This document shows positions 49,986 to 60,159 of a DNA stretch of 64,000 bases, piece by piece. Below the pieces are notes generated by a model. That model was not told where the DNA came from and ran no database searches. It worked only from the letters and a program-made list of their open reading frames with translations. The position numbers and the translations under genes were made by a program. The DNA is taken from contig OY760686.1 of assembly GCA_963663865.1 (NCBI GenBank), positions 1,152,001-1,216,000 of the forward strand, written 5' to 3'. Source of the DNA: Spirochaetota bacterium. GTDB taxonomy: Bacteria > Spirochaetota > UBA4802 > UBA5550. Positions within the stretch are counted from its first letter, which is position 1; every line of letters begins with the position of its first letter.

Positions 49986-52427
49986 ATGCATAAGAGAGAT
50001 AAAGAACCAGGCAAAAACGTTTTGAATACCGCAGCGGCGCTCGCTGCTATGTTTTTATTTTTCGCGTGCTCATCCGACCCGGGACAAAAAGAGTACAGAA
50101 CCGAAAAGGATATCTCAGCGGAATGGAAGTTCCTGAATGGATACATCGAGGGAGCGGAAGCCGTCGATTACGACGACTCGAAGTGGGACAATGTGAATAT
50201 TCCGCATGACTGGGCCATTGAGGGGCCTGTTCTGGAGTCAAATCCATCAGGAAAGTCCGGAGGCTTTTTTCCCGGAGGCGAGGGATGGTACCGCAAAAGC
50301 TTTGAGGCGGAGTCCGGCTGGGACGGCAAAAGGATTTACATTCTGTTTAACGGCATTTACAGAAACGCTGACATATGGATTAACGGCAAAAAGCTTGTGC
50401 ATCAGTTCTACGGCTATGTTTCGCATTACTACGATATTACATCATTTCTGAACATGCCGGGCGAAAATTTAATAGCCGTTTATGTTGATAATTCTGACCA
50501 GCCCAATGACCGGTGGTATCCGGGTTGCGGCATATACAGAGATGTCAGCCTGGTCATAACCGATACTGTACACATTCCCGTCTGGGGGACATACGTGTAC
50601 GCGGAGGGAGTAAGCGAATCTTCAGCCTCCGTGAAGGCGGAAATAACCGTTAAAAACGATGATGCGGTGTCAAGGTCTGTGCGCGTATCCACCGAAATTT
50701 TTTCACCTGAAGGGAAAAGTCTGGGGACTATCGAGACTGAAGAAGCTGTCGGCGCCGGTTCGGAGGTCCTGATTGAACAGGCCACGACTGTTGACGGGCC
50801 GGCCCTCTGGTCGCCTGATAGCCCTTCGCTATACAGGGCCGTGTCTACGGTGTATGCTGATGATAAGATTACCGACAGGTACGAAACAACATTCGGCATC
50901 AGGAATGTCCAGTTTACCGCAGACGAGGGTTTTCTGCTAAACGGCAAAAAGCTCGTTCTCAGGGGAGTCAACCTGCATCATGACGGCGGGAGCGTGGGCG
51001 CTGCTGTTCCTCCGATGGTATGGGAAAGGAGGCTCGGCATTCTGAAGGACATGGGCTGCAACGCGGTAAGGCTGGCCCACAATCCGCACGACACTGCCGT
51101 GCTTGATATGTGCGACAGGATGGGCATCCTCGTCTTTGATGAGATGTATGACAAGTGGGTGCTTCAGTCAAACGGGCAGGTGCTCAGCGAAGAGAATTCA
51201 TTTGAGGCAAACTGGGAAAAGGACCTCGAGGCCTTCATTAAAAGGGACAGAAACCATCCTTCTGTATTTATATGGAGTGTGGGAAATGAGGTGAATGAAC
51301 AGACAGCCGACTCTGACTCGGGCGTGGAGATATTACAGCGCCTTTCAGCCTTTGTGCATCAGCTTGACCCGCAGAGGGAGGTGACCTGCGGTCTTATGCC
51401 CGATAACGGAGGCGAGGCGCCCTCGCGCATGATACACCACATGGATGTCATAAGCTATAACTACCGGACATCAGATTTTCCCGCGTGGCATGAGCTGTAT
51501 CCCGAATACAGATTTCTGGTGAGTGAAACAATGCAGTACAGAGAGGACTTCTCCTGGTCGACCGAATATGGAGATATTGACTACTCCGGAAACTCGTGGT
51601 TCGGCATGAAGGATTTTATAGCGGGCCAGTTTATCTGGTCGGGGATTGACTATCTCGGCGAATCCCGCGGATGGCCTGACAAGGGAATAAGGTGCGGACT
51701 GCTTTACACAAACGGTTTCAGAAAGGCTTCTTCTTACTTTATTGAAAGCGTTTATTCTGAAGAGCCGATGGTGCATATTGCCGTCAATGATCCGGACCTC
51801 CTTGACGAGTTTAAGCTTGTGAAGTCGTATCTCAATTCATGGCACGGCCCCTGGATTTCAGACCACTGGACGCATCCGGGCAGGGAGGGGGAAGCAATGG
51901 AGATACTTGTGTTTACAAACTGCGAAGAGGTTGAACTCTTTCAGGACGGCATTTCTCACGGGAAGAAGCACCTTTCGGATTTCAGCGACAGAGTTATTCG
52001 TTACAGCGCGGTTTACTCTCCCGGCGAACTCAGGGCTGTAGCCTCAAGCGCGGGAGAAACGGCAGCTGAGCATTCCGTAAAAAGCCACGGGGAGGCCTCC
52101 TCGATTGTCCTCTCCGCCGACAGGGAAGAGATAAGAGCAAACGGAACCGACGTTGTGCATGTCGAAGCTGCCGCCTCGGATAATGAGGGGCTGACTGTAA
52201 GCTCTTTCAGCGGGGCTGTGAAATTCTCATTGGAGGGGCCGGGGAAGATTATCGGGATAGATAACGGAGATCAGGCTGACACCTCCGGCTATAAGGAAAA
52301 GGAGAGGAACCTGTACAGGGGCAGATGTCTCGTCCTGGTCCAGGCCGGTGATGAAAGGGGCAGGGTCGTTCTCAGGGCAGTTTCGGAGGGCCTTGAAGCG
52401 GCAGAGATAAGCTTTTCTGTAAAATGA
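49986..52427 (+). CDS. GH2 glycoside hydrolase (beta-galactosidase-like), lipoprotein
   Basis: FFAC lipobox, PHDW, RDRNHPS, acid/base WSVGNE, nucleophile LVSE and DYLGE. Confidence 0.92.
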   Translation: MHKRDKEPGKNVLNTAAALAAMFLFFACSSDPGQKEYRTEKDISAEWKFLNGYIEGAEAVDYDDSKWDNVNIPHDWAIEGPVLESNPSGKSGGFFPGGEGWYRKSFEAESGWDGKRIYILFNGIYRNADIWINGKKLVHQFYGYVSHYYDITSFLNMPGENLIAVYVDNSDQPNDRWYPGCGIYRDVSLVITDTVHIPVWGTYVYAEGVSESSASVKAEITVKNDDAVSRSVRVSTEIFSPEGKSLGTIETEEAVGAGSEVLIEQATTVDGPALWSPDSPSLYRAVSTVYADDKITDRYETTFGIRNVQFTADEGFLLNGKKLVLRGVNLHHDGGSVGAAVPPMVWERRLGILKDMGCNAVRLAHNPHDTAVLDMCDRMGILVFDEMYDKWVLQSNGQVLSEENSFEANWEKDLEAFIKRDRNHPSVFIWSVGNEVNEQTADSDSGVEILQRLSAFVHQLDPQREVTCGLMPDNGGEAPSRMIHHMDVISYNYRTSDFPAWHELYPEYRFLVSETMQYREDFSWSTEYGDIDYSGNSWFGMKDFIAGQFIWSGIDYLGESRGWPDKGIRCGLLYTNGFRKASSYFIESVYSEEPMVHIAVNDPDLLDEFKLVKSYLNSWHGPWISDHWTHPGREGEAMEILVFTNCEEVELFQDGISHGKKHLSDFSDRVIRYSAVYSPGELRAVASSAGETAAEHSVKSHGEASSIVLSADREEIRANGTDVVHVEAAASDNEGLTVSSFSGAVKFSLEGPGKIIGIDNGDQADTSGYKEKERNLYRGRCLVLVQAGDERGRVVLRAVSEGLEAAEISFSVK

Positions 52428-52576
52428 GAATCGATATTATCCGAATTTGATATCAATAAAAACAGGTAAGGAATTATCGCATTTGTCGACTTTTCTGATT
52501 TAGCGCGTTATAAGATGGTTCAGATTGGCAAGCGGGAGGCTCCGCCGCCGCGCAAAAATATTTCAGGAGAGTAGTT

Positions 52577-53698
52577 ATGTTAAAAAAAAGCGGTAGTTTT
52601 CTTTTATCTGTTCTTGTCGCTGTGTTGATGTCAGCGGCATTTGTATCATGCGACAGCTCGGACGATGACAGTGAGTTTGTTCCGAATTATGATCTCAGTG
52701 TCATAAAACTCAACGAGCTTGTGCCTGACGAGTATTTGACGGAAAGCGAAGAGAAGGGCACGGTAGAGACGATTGCCTATGATTCGTACATCTATTCTTA
52801 CGATGTTCCGAACAGCGTCCCTGAGAGCGAAAGGCACAGCGTTGAGAAAAAAGCCAACGTGTATCTGCCAGCTGGTTACAGCTCAAAGAGAAAGTACAAT
52901 GTGTTCTACCTTCTGCACGGCGGCGGAGGCAATGAGAAAGAGTGGCTTGGAACGGCGCTTACCAGTGAAATAGTTGATTATCCGACACAGGAAGCGCGTC
53001 AGGAAGCGGGTTTCTGGTTTGACGGGTTCAACGCCTGGTCAGAGGTAAGGAATCCGGGAGAGGGTGACCTCGTCAGGATACTTGACAATCTGATCGAGAA
53101 GGACATTATTGAGCCGCTCATAGTTGTTACTCCCACGATGTACTGCACATCGGAGACACTGGAGCTTTCGCCTCAGCAGTCTACTGACTGGACAGACAAC
53201 TTCTACCTTGAACTTCAGAATGATCTGATTCCCGCTGTAGAAGGCAGGTATTCCACTTACGCAGATTCCACTTCAAAAGAAGACCTTATCGCAAGCCGTG
53301 ACCACAGGGCCCTTGCCGGACTGTCAATGGGATCGATGACTACATGGCGTTCGGGGCTGCAGAGAAGTCTTGACTGTGTCTCGTGGTTTGGAAACTATTC
53401 AGCCGGAATGAGCGCGGGAACCACCGAAGAGGTGACTGCTGACGCTGACGCCCTCTGGAACGCGATCAGTACCGAAGAGATGAAGGACTACCGTATAAAC
53501 CTGATGCTGAGCTTTAACGGTACCACAGATATAGCTCATGACGGCCACGTGACGACATATAACAGACTCTTAGAGATCGGGGGCGACCGAGTGGTTGAAG
53601 GAGATAACGCGGCATTTTACGACTTCAACAGGTTCAACCATGGATGGTACGCATGGATAGTCTACGCGTACGACACATTGCTTGTGCTGTTCAAGTAG
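52577..53698 (+). CDS. Alpha/beta-hydrolase esterase (CE1/XynZ-like), lipoprotein
   Basis: FVSC lipobox, VYLPAGY, YLLHGGGG, GLSMG, GTTD and NHGW. Confidence 0.85.
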   Translation: MLKKSGSFLLSVLVAVLMSAAFVSCDSSDDDSEFVPNYDLSVIKLNELVPDEYLTESEEKGTVETIAYDSYIYSYDVPNSVPESERHSVEKKANVYLPAGYSSKRKYNVFYLLHGGGGNEKEWLGTALTSEIVDYPTQEARQEAGFWFDGFNAWSEVRNPGEGDLVRILDNLIEKDIIEPLIVVTPTMYCTSETLELSPQQSTDWTDNFYLELQNDLIPAVEGRYSTYADSTSKEDLIASRDHRALAGLSMGSMTTWRSGLQRSLDCVSWFGNYSAGMSAGTTEEVTADADALWNAISTEEMKDYRINLMLSFNGTTDIAHDGHVTTYNRLLEIGGDRVVEGDNAAFYDFNRFNHGWYAWIVYAYDTLLVLFK

Positions 53699-53828
53699 AG
53701 ACGGGTTGTTATGATGTAGAGAAGTAGATACGGATTTGGTGTGTTGTAGAGACGGATGATTATCCGTCTCTACAACATAATTGTATAATCTGTCTCTACA
53801 TCAATTGTATAATCCGTCTCTACAGCAA
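53695..53828. repeat. Nested GTAGAGACG REP cluster
   Basis: Several direct GTAGA(GACGG) half-sites, a central GTAGAGACGGATGATTATCCGTCTCTAC, then several inverted half-sites. Confidence 0.88.
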
Positions 53829-53950
53829 TTGTTTAACCCGTCTTTTTACCGTGCCTTTTTTGTGTTTTTTAATTTTCCGCAATTTATTTTGTTAATTATT
53901 TAGCGAAAAACACACTTGTTTCATAGATCATCGTAATCTGAGGAGGAGCT

Positions 53951-56179
53951 ATGAAAGGTGTGCGCATTTCACTATCCATTCTGTTGTCATTATTGTTTTT
54001 TACCATTTCCTGCAGTGATTCTGAAGAGGATGTAATTCCGGAAAATCCATGTGACGGTGTTAACGCGCCTTCAACGGCTGAAGTGCCTATACTTGTGTCA
54101 TCGGACAGCTCCTTGATAAAGGAGAAGGCAGTGTATGGAACGGACGGGACTACCGTGTGTTATAGCGTTCCGTATAAGGACCTTGACGGAGATTCGGAGA
54201 TGGATGCCTTTGAGAACTGGAGCCTTTCGCCGGAGGAGAGGGCAGCGGCGCTTGTTGCCGACAGCGGCTTTACTGCTGAGATGAAGGCCGGGCTTCTTGT
54301 AAATGTAGATGTTTTAACGCATGGTGTTGCAGGAACTCTTTCTACTGAAGAGTCAGCGGCGGTAACCGCCGGAGCGAGAATGTTCAGAACATCTGCAAAT
54401 GAAGTGTCTGCCAGTGGGCGGGGATTCTTTGCAAACAACCTTCAGGCCGCCGCGGAGTCGGGGGCGTATTCAATACCAGTACTTCTCAGTTCAGACATTC
54501 TTCCATCATATCCGAATACAGCGTGGGGGATGTCGTGTTTTCCCGGAATGCCGGGAGTGGGATCAGCAACATACAACAACCTTGAGCTTGCTGAGGGAAT
54601 CGGCTCTGACCTGGCTCAAGACCTCAAGGTCATAGGGGTCAGGCTGATGTTCGGCCCACAGGCAGACCTTGCTACTGAACCGAGATGGTGGGGATCGAGG
54701 AACCTTCTCGGAGAGGATGCCTCTAAAGTGGGCTCTCAGGTATCGGCTATGGTTAAGGGGATTCAGGGCGGAGATTCTCTGTCTGCAGCAGGTGTTGCCG
54801 CAGTGGTTAATTACTTTCCGGGGGCCGGTCCGCAGAAGAACGGGCTTGATTCAAGGGATTTGGCTTCAACTCACCTTATCGCATACGGTTCATCAGACAA
54901 TCTTGATTATCACATAGCGCCCTTTGAGGAAGCGATATCTGCGGGAGTAACGGGAATAATGGCAGCCCACGGAGCTCCAGAGGGGGCCGGTGTTGACGAG
55001 GTTTCTGTTTCGTATAACTCGGACCTGCTTACAGCGAGGCTAAAGGGGACAATGGGATTTGACGGGCTTATCTTCTCAGACACGGACGCGCTCGATGTTT
55101 CCACGGCTGTCGGTGTGAGCGCTTCTACCACGGCAGAGAAGGTCAGCGCCATGTTCAGCGCGGGCTGCGACGTGATAACCGGAGTTTCATCCTCAGACGT
55201 GTCCAATGTAATAACAGCGGCGGCATCGTACAGCGATGCTGGCAAGGTTGACACAGTCGCGGAGAAGGTGCTCACGCTTATGTTCAGGCTTGGCCTTTTC
55301 GAGAACCCATACATAGTAAATGAGGATGGCGAGATTGATGGAACGGTAGCGAGAGAAAAAGCCGGCAGTGGCGTGAATGGTGTAGAGGCGATGTCAGAGC
55401 AGGTTGTGCTTCTGAAGAACACTGAGAAAACAGGAGCAAAAGCATTTTTGCCAATGGATCCTGGAACACCATATATTATGGGATCAAACTTTTACTGGAT
55501 AGATGATTCAGAGTTGTTCGAATACGACGAGTTTTTAGTTGATACTTCGGGATATTCTGTGGACACAAATAATCTACCGATATGGGGAATATATGATGAA
55601 GCGTCGGAAACATATTCAGGCTTGAGCTATATGGATGATGGCAGCGGAATTACGGAGTTCGAAGGCGAGCAGCTCATAGAAGCCCGCAAGTTCTATTCCC
55701 AGTACATTGTCCACTTCATAGATGCACCAAAGAAGTCTGCGGACGATGAGGGAACATCTGACCCTGACGGACTGTTGAGCTTTTACTACAACCTGGACGG
55801 GACGGGAGATGCAGCAGACAACGCTTCTGTAATAGATACAGTTAAGGAGAACTCGGAGCTTGTGTCCGGCTGGGAGAACACTATCTACATCGTTGTCATT
55901 AACATGGAGAGGCCATCTTACGTGCTTGATGAGATATACAATCTTGCTGACTGTGTAGTCCTTCACTGGGGAAGCACCACAAAGTATCTCATGGATGTTC
56001 TTCATAATATACTTCCTATAAATAACCGCAATACAAACGGTACTCTCACTGCCGGCCTTCCATCGTCGAACGCCGAGGTCGAAGGCGGAGATTCTGCGTT
56101 GCCTTCAGCGGAGAGCCCCGATTTGTGGAGAAACCGTGGTTACAGCAAACAGTTTGTGCCGCTGGACGAAAGGGAATAG
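53951..56179 (+). CDS. GH3-like lipoprotein, paralog 1
   Basis: TISC lipobox, GPQADLATEPRW, (NY)FPG and GFDGLIFSD. Confidence 0.82.
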   Translation: MKGVRISLSILLSLLFFTISCSDSEEDVIPENPCDGVNAPSTAEVPILVSSDSSLIKEKAVYGTDGTTVCYSVPYKDLDGDSEMDAFENWSLSPEERAAALVADSGFTAEMKAGLLVNVDVLTHGVAGTLSTEESAAVTAGARMFRTSANEVSASGRGFFANNLQAAAESGAYSIPVLLSSDILPSYPNTAWGMSCFPGMPGVGSATYNNLELAEGIGSDLAQDLKVIGVRLMFGPQADLATEPRWWGSRNLLGEDASKVGSQVSAMVKGIQGGDSLSAAGVAAVVNYFPGAGPQKNGLDSRDLASTHLIAYGSSDNLDYHIAPFEEAISAGVTGIMAAHGAPEGAGVDEVSVSYNSDLLTARLKGTMGFDGLIFSDTDALDVSTAVGVSASTTAEKVSAMFSAGCDVITGVSSSDVSNVITAAASYSDAGKVDTVAEKVLTLMFRLGLFENPYIVNEDGEIDGTVAREKAGSGVNGVEAMSEQVVLLKNTEKTGAKAFLPMDPGTPYIMGSNFYWIDDSELFEYDEFLVDTSGYSVDTNNLPIWGIYDEASETYSGLSYMDDGSGITEFEGEQLIEARKFYSQYIVHFIDAPKKSADDEGTSDPDGLLSFYYNLDGTGDAADNASVIDTVKENSELVSGWENTIYIVVINMERPSYVLDEIYNLADCVVLHWGSTTKYLMDVLHNILPINNRNTNGTLTAGLPSSNAEVEGGDSALPSAESPDLWRNRGYSKQFVPLDERE

Positions 56180-56263
56180 GTGAGAGGTTGTGAACCTGTA
56201 AAATAAAATGAATGTTTGTCTGATATCCTTGCGGGGCCGGGTTATGCAAACAAGCCCCAGGAG

Positions 56264-56297
56264 GCACGGTTCTCTGAGAGGAACCGTGTTTTTTTTT
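56264..56297 (+). terminator. Rho-independent terminator
   Basis: GCACGGTTCTCT-GAG-AGGAACCGTG followed by a long T-run. Confidence 0.75.
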
Positions 56298-56377
56298 AAT
56301 TTTCCGCAATTTATTTTGTCAATTATTCAGTGAAAAACACACTTGTTTCATAGATAAGCGTAATCAGAGGAGGAGCT

Positions 56378-58825
56378 ATGAAAGGTGTGCGGATTTCACT
56401 GTCAATTATATTGTCATTGTTGTTTTTTACCATTTCCTGCAGTGATTCTGAAGAGGATTCGAATAACCCTGTAATACCGGGAAATCCATGTGAGGGTGTC
56501 AAAGCGCCTTCAACGGCTGAAGTGCCTCTGCTTGTGTCATCGGACAGCTCCATGATAAAGGAGAAGGCAGTATATGGAACGGACGGAACGACGGTTTGCT
56601 GTACGGTTCCGTACAAGGACCTTGACGGTGATTCGGAGATGGATGCCTTTGAGGACTGGAGCCTTTCGCCGGAGGAGAGGGCAGCGGCGCTTGTTGCCGA
56701 CAGCGGCTTTACGGCTGAGATGAAGGCCGGGCTTCTTGTAAACGTAGATATTTTAACGCATGATGCTGCGGGAGATATTTCTGCTGAAGAGTCAGCAGCG
56801 GTTACCGCCGGAGCGAGGATGTTCAGAACATCTGCAAATGAAGTGTCTGCCAGAGGGCGCGGAAAATTTGCCAACAACCTTCAGGCAGCCGCGGAGTCGG
56901 GGGCGTATTCAATACCGGTACTTCTCAGTTCAGACATTCTTCCATCGTATCCGAATTCAGCGTGGGGGATGTCGTATTTTCCCGGAATGCCGGGAGTTGG
57001 ATCGGCAACATACAATAACCTTGAGCTTGCAGAGGGAATCGGCTCTGACCTGGCCCAAGACCTCAAGGCCATAGGAGTGAGGCTGATGTTCGGGCCTCAG
57101 GCAGACCTTGCTACCGAACCGAGATGGTGGGGAACGAGGAACCTTCTCGGAGAGGATGCCTCTAAAGTAGGCACTCAGGTATCGGCTATGGTCAAGGGGA
57201 TTCAGGGCGGAGATTCTCTGTCTGCAGCAGGTGTTGCCGCAGTGGTTAATTACTTTCCGGGGGCCGGTCCGCAGAAGAACGGGCTTGATTCAAGGGACCC
57301 GGCTTCAACTCACCTGATAGCATACGGTTCATCAGACAATCTTGATTATCACATAGCGCCCTTTGAGGACGCGATATCTGCGGGAGTAACTGGAATAATG
57401 GCAGCGCACGGAGCTCCTGAGGGGGCCGGCGTTGACGAGGTTTCCGTTTCGTATAACGCTGACCTGCTTACGGCGAGGCTTAAGGGGACAATGGGATTTG
57501 ACGGGCTTATCTTCTCCGACACGGACGCGCTCGATGTTTCCACGGCTGTCGGTGTGAGCGCTTCTACCACGGCAGAGAAGGTCAGCGCCATGTTCAGCGC
57601 GGGCTGCGATGTGATAACCGGAGTTTCATCCTCAGACGCATCCAATGTAATAACAGCGGCGGCATCGTACAGCGATGCGGGCAAGGTTGACACAGTCGCG
57701 GAGAAGGTGCTCACGCTTATGTTCAGGCTTGGCCTTTTCGAGAACCCATACATAGTAAATGAGGATGGCGAGATTGATGGAACGGTAGCGAGAGAAAAAG
57801 CCGGCAGTGGCGTGAATGGTGTAGAGGCGATGTCAGAGCAGGTTGTGCTTCTGAAGAACACTGAGAAAACAGGAGCAAAAGCATTTTTGCCAATGGAACC
57901 TTCATATCTGTATGGGGTGCCAGGGACAAACTTTTACTGGATTGATGATTCAGAGCTGTTTGAATACGAAGAAGCTATGGTTAATGCATCAGGATATTCC
58001 TTTGATAAAACCCAGCGTCAGATTTGTGGTTTGTATGATTCAGCAGAAAACACGTACTCCGAAATGACAGACCAATTGGGTTATGACTCGATGGATTGTG
58101 ATCTAACAAGACATGTTGCGTTCAGTGACTATATTGTTGCCCACATGATTAACTATGACTCGTCCACTCATGGTGAGCTGCAGGGTGAAGGTGAAGTATA
58201 CGAGAAGTACTACATAGACGATAATGGAAGTGAGGTCCATGAAGGCGACTATATAGATACTAATGGTAATCTTATTGAGTATGTTGAAGGTGAAACAGAG
58301 GTAGATAATAGAATATATACCGGCCGACTGACAACAGCCCGCAAGCTCTATTCCCAGTACATTGTCCACTTCATAGATGCACCGAGGAAGTCTGCCGACG
58401 ATGAGGGAACATCTGACCCTGACGGACTGTTGAGCTATTACTACAACCTGGACGGGACGGGAGATGCAGCAGACAACGTTTCTGTGATAGATGCAGTTAA
58501 GGAGAACTCGGAGCTTGTGTCGGGCTGGGAGAATACAATCTACATCGTTGTCATTAACATGGAGAGGCCTTCCTACGTGCTTGATGAAATTTACAACCTT
58601 GCTGACTGCGTAGTACTTCACTGGGGAAGTAGCACAAAGTATCTCATGGATGTTCTTCATAATGTAGATAACCGCAATACAGACGGTACTCTCACCGCGG
58701 GCCTTCCGGCATCAAACGCCGAGGTCGAAGGCGGAGATTCAGCGTTGCCTTCCGCGGAGAGCCCCGATTTGTGGAGAAACCGTGGTTACAGCAAACAGCT
58801 TGTGCCGCTGGATGAAAGGGAATAG
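56378..58825 (+). CDS. GH3-like lipoprotein, paralog 2 (tandem duplicate)
   Basis: Near-identical to paralog 1, including about 85 bp upstream, except for one internal variable block. Confidence 0.82.
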   Translation: MKGVRISLSIILSLLFFTISCSDSEEDSNNPVIPGNPCEGVKAPSTAEVPLLVSSDSSMIKEKAVYGTDGTTVCCTVPYKDLDGDSEMDAFEDWSLSPEERAAALVADSGFTAEMKAGLLVNVDILTHDAAGDISAEESAAVTAGARMFRTSANEVSARGRGKFANNLQAAAESGAYSIPVLLSSDILPSYPNSAWGMSYFPGMPGVGSATYNNLELAEGIGSDLAQDLKAIGVRLMFGPQADLATEPRWWGTRNLLGEDASKVGTQVSAMVKGIQGGDSLSAAGVAAVVNYFPGAGPQKNGLDSRDPASTHLIAYGSSDNLDYHIAPFEDAISAGVTGIMAAHGAPEGAGVDEVSVSYNADLLTARLKGTMGFDGLIFSDTDALDVSTAVGVSASTTAEKVSAMFSAGCDVITGVSSSDASNVITAAASYSDAGKVDTVAEKVLTLMFRLGLFENPYIVNEDGEIDGTVAREKAGSGVNGVEAMSEQVVLLKNTEKTGAKAFLPMEPSYLYGVPGTNFYWIDDSELFEYEEAMVNASGYSFDKTQRQICGLYDSAENTYSEMTDQLGYDSMDCDLTRHVAFSDYIVAHMINYDSSTHGELQGEGEVYEKYYIDDNGSEVHEGDYIDTNGNLIEYVEGETEVDNRIYTGRLTTARKLYSQYIVHFIDAPRKSADDEGTSDPDGLLSYYYNLDGTGDAADNVSVIDAVKENSELVSGWENTIYIVVINMERPSYVLDEIYNLADCVVLHWGSSTKYLMDVLHNVDNRNTDGTLTAGLPASNAEVEGGDSALPSAESPDLWRNRGYSKQLVPLDERE

Positions 58826-58948
58826 GTGTTGAGACGGTGTTTTATGTTGTAGAGACGGGTTGTTGTGTTGTAGAGACGGATAATTATCCGTCTCTACAAC
58901 AATTGTTTAATCCGTCTCTACATCAATCGTTTCAACCCGTCTCTACAA
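58826..58948. repeat. Nested GTAGAGACG REP cluster
   Basis: Three direct and three inverted half-sites centred on GTAGAGACGGATAATTATCCGTCTCTAC. Confidence 0.88.
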
Positions 58949-58971
58949 TACGTTCCGGTCCTGCCGGATAA

Positions 58972-59739
58972 TTATCCTCTTACAGCCGTGACGAGCATCT
59001 CGAAGTCGTCTCTGGTAAGAGTGTCGCTTCTTGAGAAAGACCCCAGACGGGCCCCGAAGATTTCAATATTCTTGAATCCTGCTGTTTTCAAAAGCCAGGT
59101 TATTTCACTCGGAATATAGTATCTTTGACTGGTCGCTATCGTTTTTTTGACACCGTCATCATCCTCAAATTCAGTAATGTCATGGTTTCTGAATGTCATC
59201 AGGTCGAAGCTGCCGCTGACGTACTCTGCGTTTCCCTCGACTGAGTTTTCCGAGCAGAACTCTTCAATTGAATGGGACATCGGGAAGAGGCCGTTCAGTG
59301 TCGTGAATATGAACCTGCCACCCTGCTTAAGCGCCCTTGACGCGCTTTTAAGAATCTCAAAGTTCATCTCATCTGTTTCCATCAGCGAAAAGCCGCCTTC
59401 GCACATCATTATTGCCGCGTCGAAGGCCCTGTCGAAGGGAAGGGCTCTCGCGTCTCCGTGCATGAAGCTGATGTTGAGCTTCTTCTCTGCGGCCTTTCGT
59501 TTTGCTTCGGCAAGCTGAGCCTCAGAGAGGTCAATGCCGGTGATTCCGGTGTAGCCTCTTGAAGCGAGCTCAATGCAGTGCCTTCCGGTCCCGCACCCTA
59601 TATCCAGTATTTCAGCTGACCTGTTAAAGTCTAATTCCTGTTCCAGGAAGTCGCATTCTCCGGCTGTCCCCTTTGTGAAAGATTCCCTGTCGTATTTTTT
59701 TGCGTAGTTGGCGAATAGTTCTTCGTACCACTGTTTCAT
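58972..59739 (-). CDS. Class I SAM-dependent methyltransferase
   Basis: ILDIGCGTGRH, GIDLS and GDAR. GAGGA before ATG 59739. Confidence 0.9.
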   Translation of the reverse strand: MKQWYEELFANYAKKYDRESFTKGTAGECDFLEQELDFNRSAEILDIGCGTGRHCIELASRGYTGITGIDLSEAQLAEAKRKAAEKKLNISFMHGDARALPFDRAFDAAIMMCEGGFSLMETDEMNFEILKSASRALKQGGRFIFTTLNGLFPMSHSIEEFCSENSVEGNAEYVSGSFDLMTFRNHDITEFEDDDGVKKTIATSQRYYIPSEITWLLKTAGFKNIEIFGARLGSFSRSDTLTRDDFEMLVTAVRG

Positions 59740-60104
59740 TGTTATCCTCATTAATTATTTATAGATATGGTGAATTGAACTACGGCTGATAAAGGCGCAT
59801 AACAAAACGCGGTTGAATTGTTTTCAGCCGTAAAATCTGACGGGGGATGCGCCGGCCGCGCTGAGGATACTTAGAAGTGTCTGTAAGATGTCCTTTCGGG
59901 ACGGCGCTTACTTCACGGATGCCGGTGTTGCGGTTATTGTCATCAAAACCTCTTGATACGAGATAATTACAGGCAACGGTGCTCTTTAGGCGTAAGAATG
60001 TCAATTTAAAATCGTAATTTATGAATAAGGGTGATTTTTCTAATCCTAACTGATTTGACGGTGCTTATAATTCTCTACGGGAGGTGGCTGGTATGCTGAA
60101 AGAA

Positions 60105-60138
60105 GGCCTGCCGCGGCAAGAGCTGCTGCCGGCAGGCC
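60105..60138. terminator. Hairpin downstream of the GH3-like gene
   Basis: GGCCTGCCG...CGGCAGGCC stem 20 bp after the stop, with a short T-rich tail on the minus strand. Confidence 0.5.
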
Positions 60139-60159
60139 AAATGTGCCATTCGGATAAGT

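Noticed and set aside
59880-59965. SAM-I riboswitch suggested by ATCAAGAG and GCAAC upstream of a methyltransferase
   Set aside because: No GGTGC partner strand, kink-turn or P1 closing sequence could be found by eye; a covariance-model search would settle it.
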